Counted from the whole stretch's first letter, positions 1 to 14,994 are shown. The stretch: DNA of 63,862 nt, filler included, from Collodictyon triciliatum (GCA_043381765.1; 13 parts of 13 records of this genome joined end to end with filler, not necessarily neighbours in it), one strand, 5' to 3'. Translations and numbers: made by a program. The notes: generated by a model from the sequence alone, not told the origin.

Positions 1-206
1 ACACACATAAAAAACACACAAAATAAAAAACACACAAAATAAAAACACACACATAATAAAAAAACACACATAATAAAAAAACACACATAATAAAAAAACA
101 CACATAATAAAAAAACACACATAATAAAAAAACACACATAATAAAAAAACACACATAATAAAAAAACACACATAATACAAAAAACACACATAATAAAAAA
201 CACAAA
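1..206. repeat. ~18-bp AC-rich minisatellite (ACACACATAATAAAAAAA)n
   Basis: Tandem imperfect copies visible directly upstream of the MYB ATG. Confidence 0.9.
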
Positions 207-209
207 ACG

Positions 210-3200
210 ATGAATGCGACCTGCACTAGGCAGTTACCTACCATGAGCGAACCACACAGCGAAGGACCTCCCCCACCCAAGGGACCAGCCACACACCCTC
301 CTTCATCCACAACTTCCTTGTACAAGCGACAACCACAGCCACAGCCACAAGCAGCCGGCGACTCCCCCCGAGAGCGGCCCGGGGCGGGGACGTTCCAGCC
401 GATCCCGAGCCCGACGGGGGAGTCGACGCCGTCGCACAGCGGGTCGTCCTTCTGCCTCAACACATCCTACTCCAGCACGGCACACGCACACAGCTCGGGA
501 CGCACAAGCAGCGCCGCCACGCCGACTGCGACTCCGACACCGACGCCGACACCGTTCTCGTCGCCGCCTTTTGGAGAGGCCGTGGGGCGGGTGCAGCCCA
601 TGTCTGCGGGGCCGACACCGACGCCGCTGCCGCGCGACAACCGCACGCCCGAGTGCCCCGCGCAGGGCAGCGTCTCCGCCCCGTCCACGCCGTCGTCGTC
701 CGCCCACAGCAGCGCCGACTGGACACCGGATGAGGACGACCGCCTGCGCCAGCTCGTCGACATGTTTGGCGCCCGCAGCTGGAGGCAGATTAGCCACCAC
801 TTCCCGGCACGCACCGACGTCCAGTGCCACCATCGCTGGCAGAAGATCTCCGACTCCCCCATGATCAAGGGCGCCTGGACCCCGGAGGTCTGTGCCGCTT
901 CCAATCACCGCCCTGCGCATGGCCCCTCTTCATTCTTTTAAACCTGGGCCTTTCTGTCACTCCCCTCGATTGCCCTACACATTCTCTCTCGTTTTTATTT
1001 ATTTATTTATTTCTTCTTTTCAATTGTGTGCAAGATGGTCGGAATGTTGGCCTCTCTCTCTCTCTCTGTCATATTCTCCGGTGCAGAGTAATGGCAATCC
1101 GGGTACTAAAATCAATCATGACTTGGCTTGTTTCCGTTATATTAGGAAGATGATAAAATCCGCCAGCTGGTTATGCTGCATGGACCCAAGCAATGGTCTC
1201 TCATAGCCTCCCATCTGTCGGGTCGTGTGGGGAAGCAATGTCGAGAGAGATGGCACAATCAACTCTGCCCTGGTATCACAAAGGGCCCATGGACAGAGGA
1301 AGAGGAAGCCCTAATCCGAGAGGGCCATGCAAAGTATGGTAACCGCTGGGCTCAGATAGCCAAGCTTCTTCCGGGTCGCACAGACAACGCCATCAAAAAT
1401 CATTGGAACACGTCTATGAAAAAGTATGTCACAGAACAAGAAAATCCAATCGTCCTCGTAAACAAGATGGAACCGAAAAAGACACGACGCAAATCCCTTC
1501 CGAATGAGTCTACGTTTTCACCCCCACCCCCACACAACTCCTCCTTTTCATCCACCAGCCCCTTGGTTGCTGCGAACCCCTCAAACGACCTGCAAAGATC
1601 CAAACGTAGGTCGAATCCGTCTATTTCGCCACCGCTTGAAGAATCAAAGGCCACACTGCCTTCAATTCACCAAGCTATTAACTCCCTATCTGTGATTCCG
1701 ATCGACGGCTCCGACAACTCCTCAAACACTGATGATGCAAAGAACTCATCGCCCATGCTTCGTCTGACTCCTCTCAACCACCCAAAATCGGCTACAAATA
1801 TCTCAGACCCCCTCCAATCTCATCCCATGTCACCAATATCAACACCCATGCAGTCTTCGCCTCCTTGGCACTCCCGTTTATCTCACTCAGACCCTAGCAA
1901 ACCTGCTTCAGTTCAGCCCATTTCTCCAATTCCCACAAAAAAGCCCAGGAATGTCCCCTTCGAAAGAGCTCAAGTCGTCAATAGATCTCTAAGAAATCTA
2001 CCCACAATCACTCATTCTCCATCAACAAAAAGCGAGCATGTGCACGATGATTACGCCGACACAAATCCAACAACTCCAATCAGAATCACAAATCCTAGTC
2101 AAAGAGAATCTGTGGTAATAGATGCCCTACTATCGTTAACTCCAGTCTGTGCTGAAATATCTGTGGAGCAGTCTGCTTGTGAGTAATGTGTCATATTTTG
2201 CCTATCCCTGTTTTTTTTTTCTTCCTTCTCTCTCCTCTCTTATCATTAAATTTATTATTTTCTATCCCATGCAATTTTCTCTCTTTTTATGTCTCAAAAC
2301 CTACACAATGCCTCCTTCATTGGTGGCATTATTCACGAGCAGCATAATTTCATAACCCCAAATTACTTCAAAATCTTCATTCTTAATTTTTTATCTTATT
2401 ACTATTACTACTATTATTATTATTATTATTATTTTAACAAAAGAGTCATCTTTCATAGGACCTGTGAAAGATTCGAAATTCTTGTATGCTGAAATGAATG
2501 TCCTTTTTTCTTTTTTTCTTTTTCACTTATGATTTCCTACCCATGGAATTATAGTTCAACAAGCAAATCTATCTCCAAGCACACTCTCAAAGCGACGCAT
2601 CTTAAACCAAGGAAACGGAATGAACCAGGTTCATTCACCCATTGCAACTGGGGCTTATAATTCAGAACAAACTCAACAACCCTTAGAGAACACCCCCATA
2701 GTCGGTGACATTCGTCACAGCCTTGCAGACTTAAAGCAGAAATCATTCAGCATTTCCCAGGTTCATTTTATGTCTACATAATCAAGATTTTTCAAAAGCC
2801 TAAATTTCATTGGAACAAGTTATCTATTTCATCCCATCTTATTACCTTTTTTTTTTGTCATTATTACAACGAACCAAAACAAAACAAAACAAAACAAAAC
2901 AAAACAAAACAAAACAAAACAAAACNNNNNNNNNNNNNNNNNNNNNNNNNNNNNNNNNNNNNNNNNNNNNNNNNNNNNNNNNNNNNNNNNNNNNNNNNNN
3001 NNNNNNNNNNNNNNNNNNNNNNNNNNNNNNNNNNNNNNNNNNNNNNNNNNNNNNNNNNNNNNNNNNNNNNNNNNNNNNNNNNNNNNNNNNNNNNNNNNNN
3101 NNNNNNNNNNNNNNNNNNNNNNNNNNNNNNNNNNNNNNNNNNNNNNNNNNNNNNNNNNNNNNNNNNNNNNNNNNNNNNNNNNNNNNNNNNNNNNNNNNNN

Positions 3201-3578
3201 NNNATAACATAACATAACATAACATAACATAACATAACATAACATAACATAACAAAACATAACAAAACATAACAACCGAATTCTCAAAACGCTCTTTTCA
3301 ACCAAGAACCTAAGCTAAGTTTCATTGCCAATTTTTATTCTTTTACACAGCGCTCAATGCCACGCCCTTTGATAAACGAACAGCTGCGATCTGATATCTT
3401 GAATCCGATATTGGACCCTGATTACACGATATGCTCGAAGCCAAAAATCGTTCTACCGTCCATTTCAGATGCTTTGGCTGGGCAGTACTCTTCAAATTCA
3501 CTAAAAAAGAACAACAACCAAGAATTCCCAGACCAACCAACAAGTGGAGTAAGGCCACATCAACAGGAACCTTATTAG
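210..3578 (+). CDS. R1R2R3 (3R) MYB transcription factor; predicted exons 210-887, 1146-2178, 2555-2760, 3351-3578 (~714 aa)
   Basis: Three Myb repeats: [54 protein letters not shown]. The GT-AG junctions have matching phases (0,1,0). The last two exons are less certain, and intron 3 spans an N gap. Confidence 0.9.
2876..3272. repeat. (AAAAC)n and (ATAAC)n microsatellites flanking an assembly gap
   Basis: Perfect pentamer runs on either side of Ns 2926-3203. Confidence 0.95.
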
Positions 3579-5072
3579 CTGTCCAGAATCCCATCTCTAT
3601 ACTTTACTGACTCAGCCTACTTGAAGCAACTTACAGAGGACAAAATGGCATCGACCAAATTTTACATTGGAAGCATTATTTTTTTTTTAATTACATTTGG
3701 TAACCAACAGCCATTTTTGAAATACCTTGTTGGAAAAAAAAAGGATGCTTATGTAAGCAACACATGAGTGCGGGTTTGGCTTAATTAGTAGTTTCGTCCA
3801 ACCACCCACTGGCTACATACGCTATCTTATTCAGCTCATTCTTTTCTGCTCTCGATCATACTTTTTATCCACCAACAACCTTATGATACAAAATTCCAAG
3901 GTATGTCTACACATATATCTTTCTTTTTTTTTTTTTACCCACCCGCTATTATCTCTTTCCTTTATTTTCTTGAAAGAAACTATGTTTCTTTGAAAGGTGA
4001 ACCCAAAAGAGAAAAATGCAGCATCCCTTTTTTTTTTCTCGCTACACATGCAACCTCCTCTCCCGAGTACCTGATTTTTTTAATCACGCCTTTCTCTTTC
4101 ATGGCCAAATCAATATCAAATTCTGAGAAAAAGATAAGGAGCATCATGGATTCTAGTCGCATCCTTGAGTTGCTTTGTCTTACCTTCTCGCAAAGAAAAA
4201 AAAATCACGCATTAGACAAAGACTACCATTCGCAGCCCCTCGTTTAAACGAAAGCAGTATCATTCTACTTTCAAGAAAAACTATGAATTAAATGAGTTAT
4301 TGCAGAATGCGAGCTACATTCCAAAGTAGTCATCATCAGACCCTCAAAACAAAACAGAAAATATCTATATCAACCAAGAAGGCTTACCTTCATTCTCATT
4401 ACCACCGACTCCTCGCCCTGATTCCTTTCTATTCTATCTTCTCTTTATTTTTGCCCTCATTTTTCAAACTTTTTCTTATCATCTCGTGTTGATTTTCTCC
4501 CATCTACCCGCACCCCCTGAATCCCATTCTTCTTTATCTTTCCTCCAACTGCCCGCACATACCATGTCCTCCTCACAACCACCCCAATTTTATCATCGTC
4601 AGTTTTATTGTCTCCTATAGAAGGACGAATTGGAGCATGGCGCAGTTGCCCATTAAAAAAAAAAAAAACATGATTGCTCCTCTTCCTCCTTCTCCGGCAC
4701 TTCCAAACATATTTCATCATGTCTATTCGGCTTTGATTGTGAAAAGAGACGAAAAGACAATCATTCCAGGTGTCCTCGAAGCCCATTCTTTATTTAAAGT
4801 CCAAACAGGAAAAGTGGCGACGCTCAGATATTACCCTTCAGGGCTGGGGGATGCTCGAAGGACGTGTAAGTGAGGGGTCGACCGAGCATCGCCACTCATA
4901 CCCACACGCCACAATCCAGCCGGGCCTTATCAGAGACTTAACGACTAAGAGCCAACCCTTCCTAGAAACAACCCACATCAAAACATTAAAAGCTCTGTAA
5001 CGTGACATGCATAAATAAAAAAAAGACTGAGCGAACTCTTTGAAATAAATAATAATACTGCTAATGATAATG

Positions 5073-5137
<65 letters not shown>

Positions 5138-5237
5138 NNNNNNNNNNNNNNNNNNNNNNNNNNNNNNNNNNNNNNNNNNNNTTAATTAATTAANNNNNNN
5201 NNNNNNNNNNNNNNNNNNNNNNNNNNNNNNNNNNNNN
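5138..5237. other. Artificial contig spacer (44N-TTAATTAATTAA-44N). Cores at 5182, 10421, 15662, 20895, 28002, 33233, 38463, 43693, 48920, 54272, 59500, 61411
   Basis: Identical 12-mer with stops in all six frames, embedded in fixed-length N runs 12 times. Confidence 0.99.
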
Positions 5238-5268
5238 GGGGGGGGGGGGGGGGGGCGGCGCCACGCAC

Positions 5269-5934
5269 CTTGACGTACGAGTCGGCCGTTTGGCCCGTCC
5301 ACAGGCGGTGCAGTCCGCGGGGTGCGTGGCTGTGGCGCGGGGTGCGCGTGCGCGCGTGGGTGCGTGTGGGCGAGAGGGAGGCGGAGGCCGGGCGGGGGGT
5401 GCGGCGCGCGGGGGTCTTTGCTGCGGGTGATTCCGGCGCGTGCGTGTGGGGGCGGAAGGTGATGAGGGGGAAGAGGCTGTGGTGGTGGTGGTGGTGGTGG
5501 TGGTGGTGGGTGGCGGTGGCAGAGGGGGCGGCAGGGGCGGCAGGGGCGGGGGGCAGAGAGGCGGCCACCAGATCGACGCTTGCAGCCACGGCTGCGACTT
5601 TGGCCTCGGCACGCGCCAGGACGGTGTGTGGGGGCGGGAGGAAGTCGGAGCGGGGGCCCAGCGGGTGGAAGAACTGCTGCTGCGCGTCGTGGTCGAACGC
5701 CCGCTGCTCCGCCAGGGTCATCGGGGCCGGCAGTGCGAGTGCGCGCAGGTGCCGCGCGGGGAACGCCTCCGACGGGGCGGCCACAGGGGCAGGGGCAGGG
5801 GCAGGCGGGGGCGCCGCCGCAGTGGGCGCAGGGGCGGAGGCGTGGAGGCGTGGAGGCGCGGTCGGGGCGGGCAGGTCCAGCAGCGGCATGAGGTGCGCCG
5901 CCGCGTGGTGTCTGAAGACAAAGCGCGGCTCCAT
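5269..5934 (-). CDS. First exon of an unknown Pro/Ala/His-rich protein, truncated by the contig end
   Basis: 222-codon GC-rich ORF (MEPRFVFRHH..., poly-His) ending at an AAG|GTGCGT donor. Codon usage resembles the neighbouring ATP synthase gene. Confidence 0.6.
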
Positions 5935-6128
5935 CAGCCCCCGGGCGTGGGTTGCGGTGATCTGCCGACAAGGAGGGGGGAGGGGCGGGATCAGACGCGT
6001 CCAGCACTCGCCGTTGCTGCGGCTGCAATTGGTTGGCCCCGCGGCGAGCGTGATTCATATTTTGCTTTATTTCTGGGACGGGGCGTGCACGGGCGGGGAA
6101 GGCAAGGAGGCAGGGGAGGGCGCAAGGG

Positions 6129-7894
<1,766 letters not shown>

Positions 7895-9309
7895 CCTCTA
7901 TTAAACTCCTTGATCTATTTTGATGATGGGAACAAGTGAATTTGTTTGCGTGATTTACACTGAAATATGGTATAGGCTTGTGGGTAGTCCCGAAAAAAAA
8001 AGGTGATTGGTTGGCTTTCGTTATTCAAAAAAGAGTGCCTCTTTCAACTCGATATCTCTTTCTATGGAGAACGGATGGGTTCAAAAAATTTTCTTTTCTG
8101 TTTCAAGATTTGTTGGGAGCACCAGGAAGCTAGTGCTCTACGGGCAGGGAAAGTGGACAGCCAAGCAACAGCTGCGGAAACGGCTGTGCGGATCGGGGAG
8201 AAAACGCTCGCTCTGCGCTTCAAACGAAACATACAATAGGTGGGGGACTCGGAAGGAGCGACTTCAGCAACCGAGCGTTCTTTGACGAGGCAGAGAGAGG
8301 GAGGGGGGACTATCACGCCAACAGCCTTTTTGGCTTAGAAGCAAAATTTGGTGCAGAAGACGGGGCAGAGGAAAGGAGAGCAGAGAAGAGAAGAGAAGAG
8401 AGAGGGCTGGTGGGGAAGGAAGGACTTTGGGTGTTGCCCGGTCGCCCACACAGCCAGAATCTCAGCCAATCGCAGCCCGCCCTGTTTCATCTGATCCCCC
8501 CACAAGACACATAGCGTGGCGACCAATGGAAAGAATCTCTTGCGAATGCTTAGGCTCTCGTCCACAACAACACTTATACACATCCCAAACAGGCAAACCT
8601 TCATTGAATCTCTTCTTGTTTCACCGTTTCTCCAGAGAATGGCTGCACTCGACAAAACAAGGTCTCTCGAGAGTCCGTGTGGTGCTTCTAAATTCCAAAT
8701 AAGAGCGTGTTGACATCACGCATTGTACTTTCAAATGTTTGAAAATTTTGCCACATTGTGTTTGGGATTGGTGATCTGTTTCCGGAAATTCCAAGATTAG
8801 AATAGATGACATCACTTCATTGCGTGTATTGAACATATCCAGAATCATAATTCCACATTTGCCTGAAAAGAATAAAGTTGGAAAAATTCGGGCTTAGGCC
8901 ACATCTCACTATCCACATGTGGGTAGCGTGCATGTCCACAGCCCATATTTGAAAACTCATGCCTGGACTTTCAGAATCGAGCCCCGTTCAGTGCAATTTT
9001 CCAAAAGAAGCAAAACGCGAAAAAAAAACCTGATTCACGAAGCAGTCGCAAAAATCAGCATCCACCAAGGCGAATCAAGTCAGGCCGGATGCCAACCCGC
9101 CCAGACACCAGCAAAACGGCGCTGAACCCGCACGCAGACGAGAGGCGAGCTCCTTGCCCCCTCAGAGCCAAAACACACGCCAAACAGAGGCCATTTCCCA
9201 TGCGGCAAAGAATCACTAGGAGGGGAGGAAAAGAACCCGCCCTGATCCATATCCCCCCACAAACACATGCTCTAACCCAGACACACCAAACAGAGCGCAA
9301 CCCCACAAG
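7895..9309. promoter_or_regulatory. Putative bidirectional promoter region between divergent F1 beta and delta genes
   Basis: 1.4-kb head-to-head interval with CCAAT boxes on both strands (near 8026 and 8767 on -, near 8466 and 8523 on +); function is inferred. Confidence 0.5.
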
Positions 9310-9864
9310 ATGCTCGCACGCCTCGGCAAGACGCTGGCCGCCCCGGCCCACGCGACCCGCAGCCTCAGCCTGGCACGCACGGCGCTCGCCTCGGACAAGG
9401 GCGCCGCGGCCGCCGCAGCCGCCACAGGTGCGCCGGAAGGCAAGGTGCTGATCACTCTGGCGTCGCCCGGCACGACGATCCTGGCCAAGCGGGCCGTGGA
9501 CGCCGTCTACCTGCCCGGCACCAGCGGGATCTTTGGCGTGCTGCCCAACCACGTGGCCACGATCTCGGAGCTGCGCCCGGGCGTCGTCTCCATCGAGGAC
9601 AAGGACGCGGCCGGCCTGCCCGACAAGGAGAAGGCCAAGGGCTCCCGCTTCTTTGTCTCGGGCGGCTTCGCCATCGTCCGCGACTCGCTGGTCCAGGTCT
9701 CGGCCCTGGAGGTGGTCCCCATGGACCAGATCGACCCCGACGCTGTCCGTGCCGCCCTCGCCGACGCCCAGAAGAAGCTGGCCGACGCAAAGACCGATGC
9801 CGAGCGCAACGAGGCCCAGATCGCCCTCGAGTTCCACACCTCCCTCAGCGCCTCCCTGGCATAA
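9310..9864 (+). CDS. ATP5F1D: Mitochondrial F1 ATP synthase delta subunit (bacterial epsilon family), intronless
   Basis: VYLPGTSGIFGVLPNHVATISELRPGVV, FFVSGGFA, C-terminal helical hairpin, and an Arg/Ala-rich presequence. Confidence 0.95.
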   Translation: MLARLGKTLAAPAHATRSLSLARTALASDKGAAAAAAATGAPEGKVLITLASPGTTILAKRAVDAVYLPGTSGIFGVLPNHVATISELRPGVVSIEDKDAAGLPDKEKAKGSRFFVSGGFAIVRDSLVQVSALEVVPMDQIDPDAVRAALADAQKKLADAKTDAERNEAQIALEFHTSLSASLA

Positions 9865-10298
9865 ACTTCTCTCTCTCTCTCTCTCCCTCCCTTCACTCCT
9901 CCGCTCACCCCACCCATGAAATGATGAAAAGGCCTTGGAACATCTCCCTGCCTGCCGCTTTGTGCTTGTGCCCCCGTCTCTGTTTGCGCTCTCATATTGT
10001 GTCTTGTTGGAACGGGTCTGCTCCCTGATGCCGAAAATGGATGAGTAAATATGGAATTTATTGGATAAATCTGTACATGTTTTCAATTGGCCTTATTTTA
10101 TGATGGAAAATCAGATATATGAACCAAATTTTTATTATGAAAACCAAAATATATGTAATGAAGCAACTACTTAACGAATAAGTAAAAAGTCTACATTTTC
10201 GCACGTTGCTAGCGTCTCTCGGCTACCTAGCGGTGGTAAAGACAGGACATGCTTTCTTTACCATTGGCGACGGTGCTTCTTATCTTGCTGCTCGGCCG

Positions 10299-10376
<78 letters not shown>

Positions 10377-10657
10377 NNNNNNNNNNNNNNNNNNNNNNNN
10401 NNNNNNNNNNNNNNNNNNNNTTAATTAATTAANNNNNNNNNNNNNNNNNNNNNNNNNNNNNNNNNNNNNNNNNNNNTTTTCTTTCTTTTTTTCTTTTCTT
10501 TTTCTTTTCTTTTTCTTTTTCTTTCTTTTTCTTTCTTTTTCTTTTTCTTTTTCTTTTTCTTTCTTTTTTCATTTCATCAATTGGTGTGCTTATATTATAT
10601 TTTAACCAGACAAAATATACAATCGTTTAATATGCAATTACTTCCCGTCAACCATAG

Positions 10658-12461
10658 TTCGAATGCATCCTTGAATCGACAGATACAGATATAGCTTCTG
10701 TATTTAAATGTTATTATGAGTCAATGATAGGCTTTGAGCTTCTTGTTATGGGCCAGGTTTGTTTCTTTTCATCGATGATTCAACGCTACAAGTGTTTTTC
10801 TTTTTTTTAATAAAATTGAAACAAAAATCATGACTCCGATTATTTTTTGATAAAAATCCAAATCGATGACGCTGATAGGACAACCTTTTTCTTGTTGCTT
10901 TTCTTATTGTTTTTCTTGTTGTTTTTCTTGTTGTTTTTCTTGTTTTTATTGTTGTTTTTCTTGTTTTTATTGTTGTTTTTCTTGTTTTTATTGTTGTTTT
11001 TCTTGTTTTTCTTGTTGTTTTTATTGTTGTTTTCTTTTTTCTTATTCTTTTTATTTTTATTTTTATTTTTATTTTTATTTTTATTTTTATTTTCTTTATT
11101 CTTGTTTTTGATTTTGTTTTTGTTTTTGTTTTTGTTTTTGTTTTTGTTTTTGTTTTTGTTTTTGTTTTTGTTTTTGTTATTCTTTTCTTTTCTTTTCTTT
11201 TCCTTTCTTTCGTGAAATAAATATTAACATTTTGATTTTAAACGACAAATATAAGGTTTCAGTCATAGCCTCAAGCAAGAAAAAGCAACTGCATGTGCTT
11301 GAGTCAAGTACTGGATTTAAGAGGCGACTCATGATACATATTCAAAAGCTAAGACAAAACTCGACTGAAACCATTTTCACCTCGTCTATTCCTTTCAAAA
11401 GACAAACGATAGGCATTTTAGAAAACATAAACTATGAGAATGTGTCAAATTCTTCAATAGCATTAACAGCATTAACAGCATCCAGACTGAGCTCAATCTC
11501 ATCCATGGCATCTGTATCTTTGAAACTTCCAAATACAATTACTCTAGGTGCTATTCTCGACCTGAACACACTATCGAATCAAAATTTTGTTACTTCTGGG
11601 TGGCATCCCATCAATGTAGATCTGAAAGGATTGAAGCTCACTCGTACTATAACAAATAGTATGCTCCAGAGCAACACAGATCACACATTCAATTACCCCT
11701 GGGGACTCACTATTCATCCGGCTAATGGAAACATATATATTGCTGACTCGAGTAATCATCGTATTCAAGTTTTTGACAGAGATTTTAACTTTGTAAAATT
11801 GATTGGAAAGAGCGCAAGTGGCAGCTTTAGCTTCGTTACCGACATTGGGTTTTCATTGGACGGCACTTTAGGTGTCATAGTTGATAAAGGTAGTTCTGCT
11901 CTTTATTTATTGGATGAGATGGACGAGATTATCAGGTGTATCAGAAATGATGAGAGGTCATCTCCAAATGGGATTAGTGACTTAGTTAACCCTCGTTGTG
12001 TGGCCTTTGACCTAGACAATAACTTTTATGTCACTGATTCAGAGTCCAATATAATCTTCAAGTTCTCAAAAACTGGGGAGCATGTCTCCTCTTTCCCTTT
12101 CGCCTCTATTATGGGACAAAAATCTCATCCGTGGTCTATTATGGTCGATGAAAATAACGAAATATATATTCTTGCACAAGCTGGTAACAAGGTTTGTGTG
12201 ATTGACAGGGACGGAAACGTGACCAGGAGAATGGAAGTTGAAAAAACGATCGACTGGAATTATATGTCACGCTCACACTTGGGTGGTTTCTGCGTGGCGT
12301 CAAATAATGACAACAAAGTGAGCTTCTACAACAAGAGTGGCGATTTGGAGCATATATTGCAAGTAAGCGAACCATTCGGATGTGGATTTGATAAGTTTGG
12401 CAGATTCTTTGTTGCACAACGCGGGGACCACTCCATTTGCTATTTTGAATCTCAGGCATGA
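10658..12461 (+). CDS. NHL-repeat beta-propeller protein, 5'-partial; exons ~10658-10756 and 11256-12461
   Basis: FNYPWGLTIHPANGNIYIADSSNHRIQVFD, LVNPRCVAFDLDNNFYVTDS, HPWSIMVD, EPFGCGFD. Confidence 0.85.
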
Positions 12462-12567
12462 ACTACGCCTTAAAGTTGGAAGCAATTTAAAAGAAATGAA
12501 ATAAAGCATAAAACAATTCATAAAGAAAAAAACTCAGTGTATGGTTGTGATATTCTGTGTTTCCTCT

Positions 12568-12905
12568 ATGTTTTCTAATTTGCCTTGTTTTCGCCATGTT
12601 TTCGCCATGTTTTCTCTATGTTTTCTCTATGTTTTCTCTATGTTTTCTCTATGTTTTCTCTATGTTTTCTCTATGTTTTCTCTATGTTTTCTCTATGTTT
12701 TCCAATATGTCTTGTTTTCGCCATGTTTTCGCCATGCTTTCTCTATGTTTTCTCTATGTTTTCGCCATGCTTTCTCTATGTTTTCTCTATGTTTTCGCCA
12801 TGCTTTCTCTATGTTTTCTCTATGTTTTCTCTATGTTTTCTCTATGTTTTCTCTATGTTTTCTCTATGTTTTCTCTATGTTTTCTAATTCGTCATGTTTT
12901 CGCCA
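12568..12905. repeat. 11-bp minisatellite ATGTTTTCTCT with variants ATGTTTTCGCC and ATGCTTTCTCT
   Basis: Tandem copies visible directly. Confidence 0.95.
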
Positions 12906-13272
12906 ATGAGACGGATTGATCCAATCGCAGGGACATATTCAAAATTCCCTATCTAAAATAAGAATACTGTAGGGAATAGATATATAGCAAAGCTGACTAT
13001 ATAATGGACTCCACCGTGTTATCGATTGTGAGTATGAAGGAACCATATATAATGGGCGACTTCCTCCTCTCATGATTTCATCTGCGCTCGACTTTATTCT
13101 GTCAGTTCACTTACCAACAACTGCTAGTAAATGTTTTGGACAGAGTACAACTCATTACTGCACACCATACCAGAAGAAACTATCCTATTTTCAAGCACAA
13201 GTCGTAGTGACCCTGACTAGTAAAGTTCATCAACACTAATACCGTATATACCCTAATTATTCTTAGGTAACG

Positions 13273-14100
13273 ATGGAATATATCATTCAAATTATCGAGA
13301 AGATCCGCGCTGTGGCTCAAAATGAGAAATGGACTATAAATATACGAGAAAGTTGTCGCGCCGTCGAAGAACTGCTTGAAGAAATCGAAAGAGTACTCAG
13401 TAAAATTGATACTGAAGCCACAAAAACTGATCTTGGTTTACTCTTAACTTATCCTTCCACCGCGCCCTCTCAGAGCAAAGGTCAACAATCCAAGAGCTCA
13501 TCAGGACAAGGCTCTGAGAGCTCGTTGTGGCAGAGAATCAAACAGATACCTTATACCATTCTTGCTTTTGTGAAATCGACACGCAAAAGCTACGAGCAAA
13601 GTAAAACTTTGATTGAAGATCTCACCACGTTGTCAAAAGAAGTTGACAGTATCCTACAGCGCCTGAAAGATACTGAACGTCGATCGTCTGGTGATATCAC
13701 GGGCTTGATTGGGTCAGCATCACAGGATCTGAAAAAGCTGTTAAGTGTTATTGTTCGTATAGGAGACTGTGAAATCAATGAATCTAATGTCAATTTGGAA
13801 GCAGTGGAGGTTTGGGAAAGTCTGATGGACGTTGCTTGCGGAACTGGTTTTGGTGCAGTCATAGCAGGAATAGGAGCCGTTGTTTTGGTCGCCAACCCAG
13901 TGGCCGCTGGTATATGCGCGGTTGCAGGAGTCGTTTCTGGGGGGGTTTCGATTGCAACGTGGCGCCGTGCCTCCAGACTGAAGAAACGGGCTCGTTATTT
14001 GGCTGATGGTCTTCAGAGACTCAACGAAGAACTGAAGAAAGAGAAGGTCTCCAAGGAGGATATCATGAAAATCATCGATTCAATCAGCGCTACCTCATAA
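13273..14100 (+). CDS. Intronless 275-aa helical protein with a C-terminal Gly/Ala-rich hydrophobic hairpin
   Basis: Coiled-coil-like heptads flank ACGTGFGAVIAGIGAVVLVANPVAAGICAVAGVVSGGVSIATW, followed by a basic stretch. Confidence 0.75.
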   Translation: MEYIIQIIEKIRAVAQNEKWTINIRESCRAVEELLEEIERVLSKIDTEATKTDLGLLLTYPSTAPSQSKGQQSKSSSGQGSESSLWQRIKQIPYTILAFVKSTRKSYEQSKTLIEDLTTLSKEVDSILQRLKDTERRSSGDITGLIGSASQDLKKLLSVIVRIGDCEINESNVNLEAVEVWESLMDVACGTGFGAVIAGIGAVVLVANPVAAGICAVAGVVSGGVSIATWRRASRLKKRARYLADGLQRLNEELKKEKVSKEDIMKIIDSISATS

Positions 14101-14263
14101 CTCAAGCGGCATATCCTATGAAACCTCACTCCGAAAACAGCCTAAGTGTAAACCTTCCAGCCACGCCAGCTACTGACCCCAAATAAATGGAATAGAGGAC
14201 AAAATTCTCCTTGATTTTCTTGTATGTTACTCTATTTTTCCTCTTCATTATTCCCCTTTTCAC

Positions 14264-14294
<31 letters not shown>

Positions 14295-14994
14295 TTATTC
14301 TTTTCTTCCTTCTGGAGTCTTATTTTGGTGCATAGGTGATGAAAACCAAGCTAGCAGGTTGATGGTCATGCGTCTTTCGTAGAGCGTAAAATGCGTGCAT
14401 TAACAACTACACATACATCTCCAGACATAAAAGTGTTTTTTTCTGTTCGCTGGAATCGGACAAGTCAGGGAGGAATCCAACCCTCCAATGCTCTCGAATA
14501 ACGAATATTAGTACGCGCATATGAAATCGACCAGGGGATATATGAGCTCCACATGTTTTAACAGAAAAAGAAATTAAATAGGACGAGCTATTATCAGCAA
14601 GGCGGATGGAAGCCAATACCATTGTGTTAAAAGTTGATATTTATTTTCATATCTCTTTTTTTTTATTTTGGTTTGAACAAATGACATCGGTGATTGCTTT
14701 CCATGCAGATGCAGAAGCAGAATCCACAGATGTGATGTGGATGGGAAATATCAGGGACCTGAGCAACCTGCATTCGATACGATACGACAGTTAACATCAA
14801 ACTGAGATGGTACCCCAGGAGTGACCCCCCTGGGAACAAATATCAACTCCTACAGCTAGTGGAGCCTCAATTCCGATTAATAAAGAAAACGGAAGAGTAA
14901 AACAGGCTGCTTTGTTGGGGTAGGACAACAGGCTTTGACGAGAAGATAGCGTCATTTATGGCATACCATCTTATGCAGGCTAGTTGTCAACTTG

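Noticed and set aside
2162-2186. MYB ending at 2186 as in the ORF track
   Set aside because: A GTGAGT donor at 2179 and phase-compatible downstream exons suggest the gene continues to 3578; cDNA is needed to confirm
5182-5193. TTAATTAATTAA recurring every ~5.2 kb as a biological motif or piggyBac site
   Set aside because: Six-frame stop linker inside fixed 44-N pads; the periodicity reflects similar contig sizes
10847-11215. Hydrophobic or charged low-complexity ORFs (also 12541-12919, 17409-17702, 22211-22519, 42801-43179)
   Set aside because: Translations of microsatellites, mostly intronic or intergenic
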